Assembly (NCBI GenBank): GCA_035459965.1
Contig: DATHXC010000013.1
Coordinates: 2,946 to 66,945, forward strand
Direction: 5' to 3'
Source of the DNA: Methylophilaceae bacterium
Lineage (GTDB): Bacteria; Pseudomonadota; Gammaproteobacteria; Burkholderiales; Methylophilaceae
Length of the DNA: 64,000 bases
Translations under genes and position numbers: made by a program
The notes under the pieces: generated by a model
What the model saw: the letters and a program-made list of their open reading frames with translations, nothing else
What the model was told of the DNA's origin: nothing
The model's database searches: none
Shown here: one piece after another, positions 20,086 to 29,537 of the stretch
How positions within the stretch are numbered: the stretch's first letter is position 1
Layout of the letters: each line of letters starts with the position of its first letter

Positions 20086-22812
20086 TCAGGCTGCTGTTTT
20101 GGCGTGGATTTGTACCAGGCGTTTAAGCTCCGGTACGCAAGAACCACACTCTGTACCGCATTTTAGCTTGCTTTGCAGCGTGATGAAATCCGCACCACTA
20201 TTGATAGTATCAATAATCTCATTTTCCGCGACATCCAGGCAATTGCAAATGATCTTGCCGCGGCTCTGCTGGCCGGTTGGTGGCACACTGAGTGGTGCCA
20301 GCGCCCAGCGACGCAGATCGCTGGTGAACTCGCCTTGTGTCATGACTTCTTTTAGCCACTCTGTCGCCAAAGTCTCGCCTATCAGGCGTACGCCCGTGAC
20401 CTGGTTGTTTTCGATAAGCACACGTTTGCTGATGCCGCGTTTGGCGTCATTGTAGTTTAGCATCGGTACATCTTCGGTCATTAACAGCATGGCATCCAGT
20501 TGCTTGACTAGCTCTGGCGATGGAGCCTCTGCATGTGCAGCACGCATAATCACGATGCCAGGGTTGCGGCCAAACAAGCCACAACTGGCGTAATCAAAAT
20601 GCTTGAGCAGCGTTTGAATCTCGTGCAATAAATCCAGGTTTTGCCAGCTACGCATCACGGTCATGCGCCAAGGTAATTCCACTTTTTCCAGCTTGATGGC
20701 AGTGTGTTTGAGCTCCGGTTGCTTGGAGGTCTTATCAAATGCAGATGGCATCAGGGCATTGGCGCCCAGCCCGCTCATATACTTAGCGCCCCAATGCATG
20801 GGGATATAGGTTTGCGCAGGCATCATTTCTTCCGACGGCTGCGCCCGCAATATCAGGCTACCGCGTTTGTTGCTCACTTTGACCAGGTCGCCGGGCTTGA
20901 TAGAGCGTCTCTCCATATCGCCTGTATTCATGCTGATAATGGGCTCTTCGGCATGGTTAAACAATTGCGCGACTGTGCCAGTGCGGCTCATGCCATGCCA
21001 TTGGTCACGCAGTCTTCCCGTGTTGAGGTGCAAGGGATAACGTGCATCTGTTTTGTCAGCGGTGGCTTTATAAATAGTGTTGGCAAATTGCGCTTTACCG
21101 CCGGTTTTTTGGAATATACCGTCAGTATAAAGCCTTGCGCTGCCAGTGCTTACTCCCTCTGGAAATGGCCACTGTTGTGGGCCTATTTCATCCAGCAAGC
21201 CATAGCTCAGGCCGGTAATATCCAGGTCACGGCCACGTGTCGTTTCCCTGTGTTCATCGAACACCTGTTGTGGATTAATGTATGGAAACAGCTTATTTGC
21301 ATCTGGCTGATGTTCGAGCAGGGCGGCAAGTTTGTGCGCAAATTGCACTGCAATCTGCCAGTCATGGCGTGCCTCATCGGGCGCTTGAACCGCAGGGATT
21401 ACATGCGTGATACGACGCTCGGAGTTGGTGACTGTGCCTTCTTTTTCACCCCAGGTGGTGGCGGGTAATAGCACATCGGCAAAGGCATTGGTGTCGGTAT
21501 TGTTGAATGCGTCCTGCAAAATCACCAGCTCAGCGGTATTCAGGGCTTCGTGAACGCTATTCAAGTCAGGCATGGATTGCGCCGGGTTGGTACAGGCAAT
21601 CCACACCGCCTTGATGCTGCCTTCGCGTAACGCATTGAACAGCTCTACAGCAGTTTTGCCTGGCGTTTCAGGTACGCTTTCCACCCCCCACAACCTAGCG
21701 ATTTCAGCGCGATGTTCCGGGTTAGCCAGGTCACGGTGACCAGATGCCAGATTGGCCATGCCGCCGACTTCACGCCCGCCCATGGCATTGGGCTGGCCAG
21801 TCAATGAGAATGGCCCGGCACCCAGCTTGCCTATCTGCCCGGTTGCTAGGTGCAGGTTGATCAGCGCGGCGTTTTTATCGGTACCGCTGCTGGACTGGTT
21901 GAGACCCTGGCAATACATGGAAAGCGTTGGGCCTGCGCCAAACCATTGCGCGGCCTTGATAATATCGGCTTCGCTGATGCCGCAGATATCCGCTACCATT
22001 TTTGGGGTGTACTCGCGTACCGTGTTCTTTAATGCATCGAAACCTTCGGTATGGGCCTGGATGTAAGCCATATCCAGCAGGCCTTCCCACAGCATCACAT
22101 GCAGCATGCCATTGAACAGGGCAACATCGGTGCCTGGCAGAATGGCCAGATGCAGATCCGCAGCTTGTGCGGTGTCGGTGCGCCGTGGGTCTACCACGAT
22201 GATTTTCATGTCAGGGTTATTCGCCCTAGCATCTTCAATGCGGCGATAGATGATAGGGTGGGCGTAAGCGGTGTTTGAGCCGGCGATGAACAGGCATTTG
22301 GTATGGTCGATATCTTCGTAGCACGCTGGTGGCGCGTCTGCACCTAGCGTTACTTTATAGCCGGAGACAGCAGATGACATGCATAGCCGCGAGTTGGTAT
22401 CGACGTTATTGGTGCCGATCAGGCCCTTGGCCAGTTTGTTGAATATGTAATAGTCTTCGGTCAGTAACTGGCCTGAGATATAGAACGCTACCGCATCCGG
22501 GCCATGCTCGCGGATGATGCTGGCGAAGCGCTCGGCGATATAGTCCAGCGATTCGTCCCAGCTGGCTCTTTTTCTTGGCTCTGCACGATTTTGACGTAGC
22601 TCAGGATATTGCATGCGCGCATCAGGCTTGGCAGTGAGGTGCAGGGTAGAGCCCTTGGTACACAGGCGGCCAAAGTTAGCGGGGTGGTCAGGGTCGCCAC
22701 GCACGCCAATGATTTTTGGCTGATTACTATGCTCATCCACTTCAGTCTGGATGATGACGCCACAGCCTACACCGCAGTAGCAACAGGTACTCTTTGTTTC
22801 AGCAATACTCAA
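20086..22812 (-). CDS. nasA: Assimilatory nitrate reductase catalytic subunit (Mo-bisMGD, N-terminal 4Fe-4S, C-terminal BFD-like 2Fe-2S domain)
   Basis: 908 aa. CCYCGVGCGV cluster motif at residues 10-19, a molybdopterin oxidoreductase body, and C-terminal CNC...CGTECGSC. The TTG start directly abuts the nirD stop. Confidence 0.92.
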   Translation of the reverse strand: MSIAETKSTCCYCGVGCGVIIQTEVDEHSNQPKIIGVRGDPDHPANFGRLCTKGSTLHLTAKPDARMQYPELRQNRAEPRKRASWDESLDYIAERFASIIREHGPDAVAFYISGQLLTEDYYIFNKLAKGLIGTNNVDTNSRLCMSSAVSGYKVTLGADAPPACYEDIDHTKCLFIAGSNTAYAHPIIYRRIEDARANNPDMKIIVVDPRRTDTAQAADLHLAILPGTDVALFNGMLHVMLWEGLLDMAYIQAHTEGFDALKNTVREYTPKMVADICGISEADIIKAAQWFGAGPTLSMYCQGLNQSSSGTDKNAALINLHLATGQIGKLGAGPFSLTGQPNAMGGREVGGMANLASGHRDLANPEHRAEIARLWGVESVPETPGKTAVELFNALREGSIKAVWIACTNPAQSMPDLNSVHEALNTAELVILQDAFNNTDTNAFADVLLPATTWGEKEGTVTNSERRITHVIPAVQAPDEARHDWQIAVQFAHKLAALLEHQPDANKLFPYINPQQVFDEHRETTRGRDLDITGLSYGLLDEIGPQQWPFPEGVSTGSARLYTDGIFQKTGGKAQFANTIYKATADKTDARYPLHLNTGRLRDQWHGMSRTGTVAQLFNHAEEPIISMNTGDMERRSIKPGDLVKVSNKRGSLILRAQPSEEMMPAQTYIPMHWGAKYMSGLGANALMPSAFDKTSKQPELKHTAIKLEKVELPWRMTVMRSWQNLDLLHEIQTLLKHFDYASCGLFGRNPGIVIMRAAHAEAPSPELVKQLDAMLLMTEDVPMLNYNDAKRGISKRVLIENNQVTGVRLIGETLATEWLKEVMTQGEFTSDLRRWALAPLSVPPTGQQSRGKIICNCLDVAENEIIDTINSGADFITLQSKLKCGTECGSCVPELKRLVQIHAKTAA

Positions 22813-23133
22813 TTAGAGCTCCAGGTAAACCGTACCATCTTCTACTTTTACCGCGAAACAAGCAGTATGGCCCTCATCCGGTTCTTCGGCATTGCCGTCA
22901 GCCAGATGTATCTTCCAGCTATGCAATGGGCAGGCAACTTTGTCACCATATACGATACCCTGGGACAGCGGACCACCTTTGTGCGGGCACTTGTCATGCA
23001 AGGCAAACACCTTGTCGTCGGCGGTACGGAATACAGCGATATCGCCTTTGCTGCTACGTACCACTCTTGAACCCAGTTTGGGGATATCCTCAAGCGGGGT
23101 GATTTTGGTCCAGGTACTCATACTATTCTCCAT
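22813..23133 (-). CDS. nirD: Nitrite reductase small subunit, Rieske-type ferredoxin (NirD/NasG-like)
   Basis: 106 aa. Both Rieske ligand motifs, CPHKGG and CPLHSW, are present. Confidence 0.9.
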   Translation of the reverse strand: MENSMSTWTKITPLEDIPKLGSRVVRSSKGDIAVFRTADDKVFALHDKCPHKGGPLSQGIVYGDKVACPLHSWKIHLADGNAEEPDEGHTACFAVKVEDGTVYLEL

Positions 23134-23184
23134 TACTTCAAAACTAAAAATTGATCCAGCAAGCTACTTAAGATCAGATAAAAA

Positions 23185-24939
23185 TCAGGAAACCAGCAGC
23201 AAATAGATCAGCAGGAAATTCACTACCATCGAGAAGATGGCAATCCATTGCCATTTCACCAGCCTGGCCCTGGCAATCAACGGTGTGCGCTGTTGCGCCG
23301 CGATGGGTTTCAGTTCCCCGTGTTCGAGTGCCAACAGCATTTCTTCCGCAGTTTCAAAACGAGCTGCGGGTTCACGTGCCACGGCTTTCAGCACGATATT
23401 CTCCAGCCAGCTTGGAATCTCGGGGCGGTAGCGTGTTGGCGCTAGTGGCTCACTAAAGCGCGGATGCTGGAAAGGCTCGATCTCGCCATAGGGGTAGCGG
23501 CGGGTCAGCAGGTGATACAAGGTCACGCCTGCGGCATAAATATCAGTGCTTACATTCGCCGTAGCACCTTCAAACAGTTCTGGCGCCATAAAGCTGGGTG
23601 TGCCAGGGTTTTGCATGCCAGCAGGGCTGCCGGTGCTGGCGTTCAGCGCTACGCCGAGGTCCAGTATGCGCAGGTTCTGGTCAGTGCCGATGTGGATATT
23701 GGCGGGTTTAATGTCGCGGTGAATGATATTGAGCCTGTGCAGTATGCCCAGGCCACGCATCAGGTCGGCGCCAATTTTTGCTGCGCCATTCACGCTGAAA
23801 TGGTGACCGCTGGCGATGCGTTGCTGCAAGGTCGCACCTTCATGCCAGCTCATTACATAGTATAAGTGACGGCGGTTTTCCAGCGAACGTGGCAGCACTT
23901 GTGGCACATATTTGGAAACTACACGCTTGGCCAGCCACTCTTCGTTCATCAGTGCCTGACAGCTATCCACATCGTTGGCTAATATTGGCTGCAGCGTTTT
24001 TAGTACAAATAGCTGACTATTCTCGGTGTTGCGCACTTTGTAGATAATACTGGCACGCGATTCGTGCAAAATCCCCTCGACAGCAAATATGTCGAGCGTA
24101 TCACCCACTTTAAGCTTGGGCGGCACCGGCAGGGTTTTGGCATCGGCGAGCGAGGCATAGATGGAGTCCTCGCCTATCTCCTGTATCTTCACTACCAGCA
24201 CCGTGGCGTTGTCCTGGCCATTCTGTGCAATTGCCTGTTTAGTGAGCTGGTCGCAGATCATTTGCGGGTTATCAAACAGGTTAAGCGCGCTATGGATAGC
24301 CTGTTCGCCGACTACATCCCATACCCCGTCTGTCATCAGTGCAAAAGTGTCGCCAGGCTTGATGTCGCCTTCCGCAAAATCCACAGCCAGGTGTTGGTCC
24401 AGCCCCACGGCACGTTTCAGCACATGGCGCATATCAGGTCTGTCCCAGACATGGTCAGTGGTGAGCTGTTCCAGCTTGCCGTCCCGCAAGCGATATGCAC
24501 GGGTATCACCTATATGCGCTAGATAGTAGCGCTGGCCGCGAAATACCAGTAACGACAGAGTAGTCGCCATGCCTGCCAGATCACGGTTGGCCGCAGCCTG
24601 CGCCAGTACCCAGCGGTTGGCGGCGGTCAGCACTTTATCGAGTGCTGTGTGTGGCTCCCAGGTATCGGGCGTGGCGTAGTAGTCAGAGAGCACGCTGCGC
24701 ACTGTCATTTCGGCCGCCTCTCGGCCACCTGCATTGCCGCTGACGCCGTCGGCTACCGCTACCAATGCGCCCTTGGTGGCCAGCCGATCATCTGTCGGCG
24801 TAACAACACCAGCGTAATCCTCATTGCGCGGGCGTGGCCCGACCAGGCTACTTTGCCCCACGACGATCTTTAAAGACAGCGCAGTGGCAGGTGCCACGTA
24901 TAAATGCGTTTGCTTTAAAGATATTTTGGTTGAAGGCAC
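23185..24939 (-). CDS. Fused PP2C-type Ser/Thr phosphatase and Hanks-type Ser/Thr kinase with C-terminal TM anchor
   Basis: 584 aa with a GTG start. PP2C motifs: RNEDY, VADGVSG, IGDTRAY, TDGVWD, DNATVLVV. Kinase motifs: FVLK, HRDIKPANI, DLG, GTPSFMAPE. C-terminal helix: WQWIAIFSMVVNFLLIYLLLVS. Confidence 0.85.
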   Translation of the reverse strand: MPSTKISLKQTHLYVAPATALSLKIVVGQSSLVGPRPRNEDYAGVVTPTDDRLATKGALVAVADGVSGNAGGREAAEMTVRSVLSDYYATPDTWEPHTALDKVLTAANRWVLAQAAANRDLAGMATTLSLLVFRGQRYYLAHIGDTRAYRLRDGKLEQLTTDHVWDRPDMRHVLKRAVGLDQHLAVDFAEGDIKPGDTFALMTDGVWDVVGEQAIHSALNLFDNPQMICDQLTKQAIAQNGQDNATVLVVKIQEIGEDSIYASLADAKTLPVPPKLKVGDTLDIFAVEGILHESRASIIYKVRNTENSQLFVLKTLQPILANDVDSCQALMNEEWLAKRVVSKYVPQVLPRSLENRRHLYYVMSWHEGATLQQRIASGHHFSVNGAAKIGADLMRGLGILHRLNIIHRDIKPANIHIGTDQNLRILDLGVALNASTGSPAGMQNPGTPSFMAPELFEGATANVSTDIYAAGVTLYHLLTRRYPYGEIEPFQHPRFSEPLAPTRYRPEIPSWLENIVLKAVAREPAARFETAEEMLLALEHGELKPIAAQQRTPLIARARLVKWQWIAIFSMVVNFLLIYLLLVS

Positions 24940-24967
24940 AGCGCTCTCGTTTTTGAATAACGCAAGG

Positions 24968-26179
24968 TTACACTTTAGCAGAGGTCATGGTGGCAGAGCC
25001 CCATGTTGTGCGCCAGCGGGTTTTTACACCCATCAGTCCGATCATCGCCAGTATCGCCAACGCGGAGAAAATCAAAAGCCCGACCTGATAGCTGCCGGTG
25101 ACCTGCTTGGAATACCCCAGGCTGGAAGCCAGATAGAAACCGCCCACGCCGCCTGCCATGCCGATCAGGCCTGTCATGACACCGATCTCCTTGCGGAAAC
25201 GCTGCGGAACCAGCTGGAATACTGCGCCATTGCCCATGCCCAGTGATAGCATCGCGGCTACCACGACGGCCAGGCCCGTGTATTGTTGTTCCATGCCGAA
25301 ACTCAGGATGAACAGGAACAATGCTGCCGATGCATACATGACAGTCAAGGTGCGGATGCCACCTATACGGTCAGCCAGATTGCCGCCGAAGGGACGTACC
25401 AGCGAGCCTGCGAATACGCAGGCAGCTGTGAAGTAGCCTGCATGCACAGGTGACAAACCGTATTGGTCGTGGAAATAGATGGTGAGCGAAGAGGCCATCC
25501 CTACAAAGCCGCCGAAGGTCACGCTGTAGAAGAACATGAACCACCAGGCATCTTTATCCTTGAGCACGGCCAGGTACTGGCTCAGGGATTTACCGGCTGG
25601 TGCATCAGGTGCATCCTTGGCAAATATCAGGTAAACCACAAGTGCGAAAGTCAGCGGGATAATCGCCAGCCCGAATACATTATTCCAGCCAAAGGCAATT
25701 GCCAGCCCTGGCGCAAACAATGCAGCCAATGCGGTGCCGGAATTACCTGCGCCGGCAATTCCCAGGGCCGTGCCCTGGTGTTCCGGTGGATACCAGCGTG
25801 ATGCCAGCGGCAGGGCGACGGCAAAGGCCGAGCCAGCCACGCCGAGGAACACACCTAGTAGCAAAGTATGCTGGTAGCTATGGATGCCATGCAGCCAGGC
25901 CACAGCCAAAGCCAAGATCACGATCACCTGGCCGATCAGTCCGGCCATTTTTGGCTTGATCTGATCCACCAGCACGCCCATCACGATGCGTAGCATTGCG
26001 CCTGCCAGTACTGGCGTTGCGACCATCAGGCCTTTTTGCGCCGGGGATAGTTGCAGATCGGTAGCGATCTGCACCGCCAGCGGGCCCAATAGCACCCACA
26101 CCATGAAGCTCAGGTCGAAATACAGGAACGCTGAAAATAATGTGGGCTTGTGGCCCGCCTGCCAGAAACTTTTTTGCAT
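24968..26179 (-). CDS. narK: MFS nitrate/nitrite transporter (NarK/NasA-transporter type)
   Basis: 403 aa, 12-TM pattern, glycine-rich NNP-family-like segments (GAGNSGTA, GMGNGAVFQLVPQRF); nitrate-cluster context. Confidence 0.85.
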   Translation of the reverse strand: MQKSFWQAGHKPTLFSAFLYFDLSFMVWVLLGPLAVQIATDLQLSPAQKGLMVATPVLAGAMLRIVMGVLVDQIKPKMAGLIGQVIVILALAVAWLHGIHSYQHTLLLGVFLGVAGSAFAVALPLASRWYPPEHQGTALGIAGAGNSGTALAALFAPGLAIAFGWNNVFGLAIIPLTFALVVYLIFAKDAPDAPAGKSLSQYLAVLKDKDAWWFMFFYSVTFGGFVGMASSLTIYFHDQYGLSPVHAGYFTAACVFAGSLVRPFGGNLADRIGGIRTLTVMYASAALFLFILSFGMEQQYTGLAVVVAAMLSLGMGNGAVFQLVPQRFRKEIGVMTGLIGMAGGVGGFYLASSLGYSKQVTGSYQVGLLIFSALAILAMIGLMGVKTRWRTTWGSATMTSAKV

Positions 26180-26215
26180 GATATTTCCTTATTGAATGCG
26201 ATACAGGTACTGGAT

Positions 26216-28657
26216 TTAAACTGCAATGATCTCGAACTGCTTGTGCTCGTTACGCTTCTGCACACGCTCAGCCCATGGATCTACCGAGCCTTGCAATGCA
26301 TATATCAGGCGTTCATAAGCGGCTTTGCGGCCTTCTGCATCTTCCAGCACGCGCTGCTTCACATATTCCATGCCTACCCGTTCTATCCAATGCACGGTGC
26401 GATCCAGGTAGCGTGCTTCTTCGCGGTAGATCTGGATAAAAGCGCCTGAGTATTCCAGCACCTCTTCCGCGTTTTTTACCTTGCACAGGAAATGCGCAAC
26501 TTCGGTCTTGATACCGCCGTTACCACCCACGTACATTTCCCAGCCCGAATCCACGCCGATAATGCCTACGTCTTTAATGCCGGATTCTGCGCAGTTGCGT
26601 GGGCAGGCGGATACCGCAAACTTAACCTTGTGTGGCGCCCACATGTGGTCAAAGGCTTTTTCAATGTCAATCCCCAACTGCGTGGAATTCTGCGTACCGA
26701 AACGGCAGAATTCAGAACCAACGCAGGTTTTGACGGTACGGATGCTCTTGCCGTAAGCATAGCCGGATGGCATGTCGAGATCAGCCCACATATCGATCAG
26801 GTCTTCTTTCTTCACGCCCAGCAAGTCGATACGCTGACCGCCGGTGACCTTCACCATGGGCACGGCGTACTTGTCGGCCACGTCGGCAATTTTTCTTAAT
26901 TGATCAGGCGTGGTCACGCCGCCGTACATGCGCGGAATCACCGAGTAGGTGCCATCTTTCTGGATATTGGCATGCACGCGTTCGTTGATAAAGCGTGATT
27001 GCGGATCATCCACTGCCTCGTGTGGCCAGGTAGAAAGCAGATAGTAGTTGAGCGCTGGCCTGCAAGTGGCGCAGCCATTGGGTGTGCGCCATGCCATACC
27101 GCTCATGGCATCCGGGATGTTCAGGTATTTGTGGTCGCGGATAAGCTGGCGGACTTCTTCATGATTTTTATCTGTACAGCCGCACACCGCTTTGCTACTG
27201 GATGGGGCAGCGTAGCCACCACCCAGTGTTGAGGCAAGTATCTGCTCCACCAAACCAGTGCAGGAGCCACAGCTTGAACCTGCCTTGGTTTGTTTCTTCA
27301 CATCATCAATCGTGAACAGGCCTTGTTCCTTGATCGCCTTGACGATAGTGCCTTTGCACACCCCGTTACAGCCACATACTTCCATTTCGTTGGTCATGGC
27401 AGCCGCTTTGTCCTGGCCCTGGTGGCCGGTATTACCCAGGCTGTCCTGGCCGAACATCAGGTTATCGCGAATCTCGTGGATGAGCTTGCCATCACGCAGC
27501 ATCTGGAAATACCAGGCACCGTCGGTGGTATCGCCATACAGCACGCTGCCGATGATCTTGTCATCCTTGATCACCAGTTTCTTGTAAACGCCACCTACTG
27601 CATCATGCAACACGATCTCTTCGCGGCCATCGTCAGCTGCGCCTTCTCCGCTGGCAAAATCGCCTGCGGAGAACAGGTCGATGCCGGTGACCTTAAGCTT
27701 GGTGGATGTCACCGAGCCTTTATAGAGGCCGATACCAAAGTTGGCCAGGTGGGTGGCGCATACCTTGGCCATTTCAAATAGTGGCGCTACCAGGCCGTAG
27801 GAGATGCCACGATGCGCTACGCACTCGCCCACAGCGTAGACGCGTGGGTCGTAGGTTTGCATGGTGTCGTTGACCACAATGCCGCGATCACAATGGATAC
27901 CGGCAGATTCTGCCAGTGCAAAATTGGGGCGTATGCCGATAGCCATCACTACCAGGTCAGCCTCCAGCTCAGTGCCGTCTTTGAGGCGTAGCGCCGTGAC
28001 TCGGCCATTTTCGCCGACGATTTCCTGTGTTTCCTGACGCAGGATAAATTTCAGCTCTTTTTCTTCCAGCGATTTTTGCAGCATCTTGCCTGCAGTGCGA
28101 TCCAGCTGTCTTTCCAGCAACCAGTCATTACGGTGTACCACGGTGACATCCATGCCCTGGATTTTCAGGCCATTGGCAGCCTCCAGGCCGAGCAGGCCGG
28201 CACCGATCACCACGGCTTTGGGGTGCTTGCCCGCAGTATCTATCATGATGTCGACATCCTTGATGTCGCGAAAGCCGATTACGCCCTGAAGGTCGGCACC
28301 GGGGACAGGTAACATGAACGGCTTGGAGCCAGTTGCCAGCAGCAGGCGGTCATACTCCGCACTAGTACCATCTGCGCTGTAAACCACACGGTTTTTGCGG
28401 TCTATCTTATTGATGTACTTGCCAGTGTGCAGGATGATATTGTTTTCGGCATACCATTCACGGCTATTGAGAATAATGTCATCAATCGTCTGTTCGCCAG
28501 CCAGTACCGGTGACAGCATGATGCGGTTGTAATTGGGGTAGGGCTCATCGCCGAATACCGTGATGTCATAAAGGTCGGGGGCGATCTTGAGTAGCTCTTC
28601 CACTACGCGCATGCCTGCCATCCCGTTACCTACCACTACTAGTTTCATTTTTTGCAT
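26216..28657 (-). CDS. nirB: NAD(P)H-dependent assimilatory nitrite reductase large subunit
   Basis: 813 aa. N-terminal FAD/NAD Rossmann fold (KLVVVGNGMAGMR), central BFD-like CGCNGVCKG, and a C-terminal sirohaem/4Fe-4S domain (TCVGSEFCRFG, SACPRNCAES). Confidence 0.95.
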   Translation of the reverse strand: MQKMKLVVVGNGMAGMRVVEELLKIAPDLYDITVFGDEPYPNYNRIMLSPVLAGEQTIDDIILNSREWYAENNIILHTGKYINKIDRKNRVVYSADGTSAEYDRLLLATGSKPFMLPVPGADLQGVIGFRDIKDVDIMIDTAGKHPKAVVIGAGLLGLEAANGLKIQGMDVTVVHRNDWLLERQLDRTAGKMLQKSLEEKELKFILRQETQEIVGENGRVTALRLKDGTELEADLVVMAIGIRPNFALAESAGIHCDRGIVVNDTMQTYDPRVYAVGECVAHRGISYGLVAPLFEMAKVCATHLANFGIGLYKGSVTSTKLKVTGIDLFSAGDFASGEGAADDGREEIVLHDAVGGVYKKLVIKDDKIIGSVLYGDTTDGAWYFQMLRDGKLIHEIRDNLMFGQDSLGNTGHQGQDKAAAMTNEMEVCGCNGVCKGTIVKAIKEQGLFTIDDVKKQTKAGSSCGSCTGLVEQILASTLGGGYAAPSSSKAVCGCTDKNHEEVRQLIRDHKYLNIPDAMSGMAWRTPNGCATCRPALNYYLLSTWPHEAVDDPQSRFINERVHANIQKDGTYSVIPRMYGGVTTPDQLRKIADVADKYAVPMVKVTGGQRIDLLGVKKEDLIDMWADLDMPSGYAYGKSIRTVKTCVGSEFCRFGTQNSTQLGIDIEKAFDHMWAPHKVKFAVSACPRNCAESGIKDVGIIGVDSGWEMYVGGNGGIKTEVAHFLCKVKNAEEVLEYSGAFIQIYREEARYLDRTVHWIERVGMEYVKQRVLEDAEGRKAAYERLIYALQGSVDPWAERVQKRNEHKQFEIIAV

Positions 28658-28694
28658 AATTGCTTCTCCGGTATTACCTGAATTTTTAGCTGCC

Positions 28695-29456
28695 TCAGGC
28701 AGCCACTGCTACATCATCGACGCACTGATTGCTTGTCTTCATCACTTGTGCCAATCGAACTACATCGCCCACCACGATAATCGCGGGGCTTGCCAAACCT
28801 TGCTGCTGTATCGCCATCGGCAGCATGCCCAGCGTGCTGATGACTTGTTGCTGCTCGGGCAGTGTGCCTTGTTGTATTGCCGCAGCGGGCATGTCGGCAG
28901 AAAGCCCGGCCACGATTAACTCAGATACGATAGATGGCAGGTGCTTCATGCCCATGTAGATCACCAGCGTAGTACCGCCTTGTGCGAGCGCTTTCCAGTT
29001 CTGCTCAGACCCATCTTGGGTGTGGCCTGTGACAAAAGTTACCCCTGGTGCGTAACCGCGATGGGTCACTGGGATGCCGATGCTGGCTGGTACAGCCATG
29101 CCACTGGTAATGCCGGGAATGATTTCGACATCAATACCGGCATTGCGCATTGCCAGCATTTCTTCGCCACCACGACCGAACATGAACGGGTCGCCGCCTT
29201 TCAAGCGCACCACAGTCTGGCCTTGCTCGGCAAGGGCTACCATCATGCGTTCGATAAAGTGTTGGGGCGTGGATTTGCAGCCGCCGCGTTTGCCCACTTC
29301 AATCACGCGAGCCTGTGGTGCGTGCTTCAACAGCTCGCGGTTAACCAGGTCGTCCAGCAGGATCACATCTGCCGTTTGCAGTGCCTTGACTGCTTTCAGC
29401 GTAATCAGATCTGGGTCGCCAGGGCCTGCACCAATCAGAAAAACTTTACCTGTCAT
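28695..29456 (-). CDS. cobA: Uroporphyrinogen-III C-methyltransferase (sirohaem branch, SUMT domain only)
   Basis: MTGKVFLIGAGPGDPDLITLKA...RLKGGDPFMFGRGGEE. An alternative upstream ATG at 29507 has a GAGGA Shine-Dalgarno, so the start is uncertain. Confidence 0.88.
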   Translation of the reverse strand: MTGKVFLIGAGPGDPDLITLKAVKALQTADVILLDDLVNRELLKHAPQARVIEVGKRGGCKSTPQHFIERMMVALAEQGQTVVRLKGGDPFMFGRGGEEMLAMRNAGIDVEIIPGITSGMAVPASIGIPVTHRGYAPGVTFVTGHTQDGSEQNWKALAQGGTTLVIYMGMKHLPSIVSELIVAGLSADMPAAAIQQGTLPEQQQVISTLGMLPMAIQQQGLASPAIIVVGDVVRLAQVMKTSNQCVDDVAVAA

Positions 29457-29495
29457 CACATTCTGCCAATTATCTAGTACTAAAAGTAGTTGCAA

Positions 29496-29520
29496 GGAAT
29501 GGGTCATTACAGCCCATTCC
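29496..29520 (-). promoter_or_regulatory. Intercistronic stem-loop between porin and cobA
   Basis: On the minus strand, GGAAUGGG-CUGUAAUGA-CCCAUUCC forms an 8-bp perfect stem. It is followed by UUGCAACUACUUUUAG, a poor U-run. Confidence 0.4.
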
Positions 29521-29537
29521 TCATGAGTATTAACTGA

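Noticed and set aside
20704-21468. 254-aa plus-strand ORF antisense to nasA. Similar long antisense ORFs occur at 12817-13347, 40531-41409, 48557-49312, 50641-51417 and 55736-56335.
   Set aside because: Each lies entirely inside a well-supported conserved gene on the other strand. Their compositions are low-complexity and Arg/Ala/Ser/Cys-rich, I recognise no motifs, and I see no Shine-Dalgarno. They are typical shadow ORFs.
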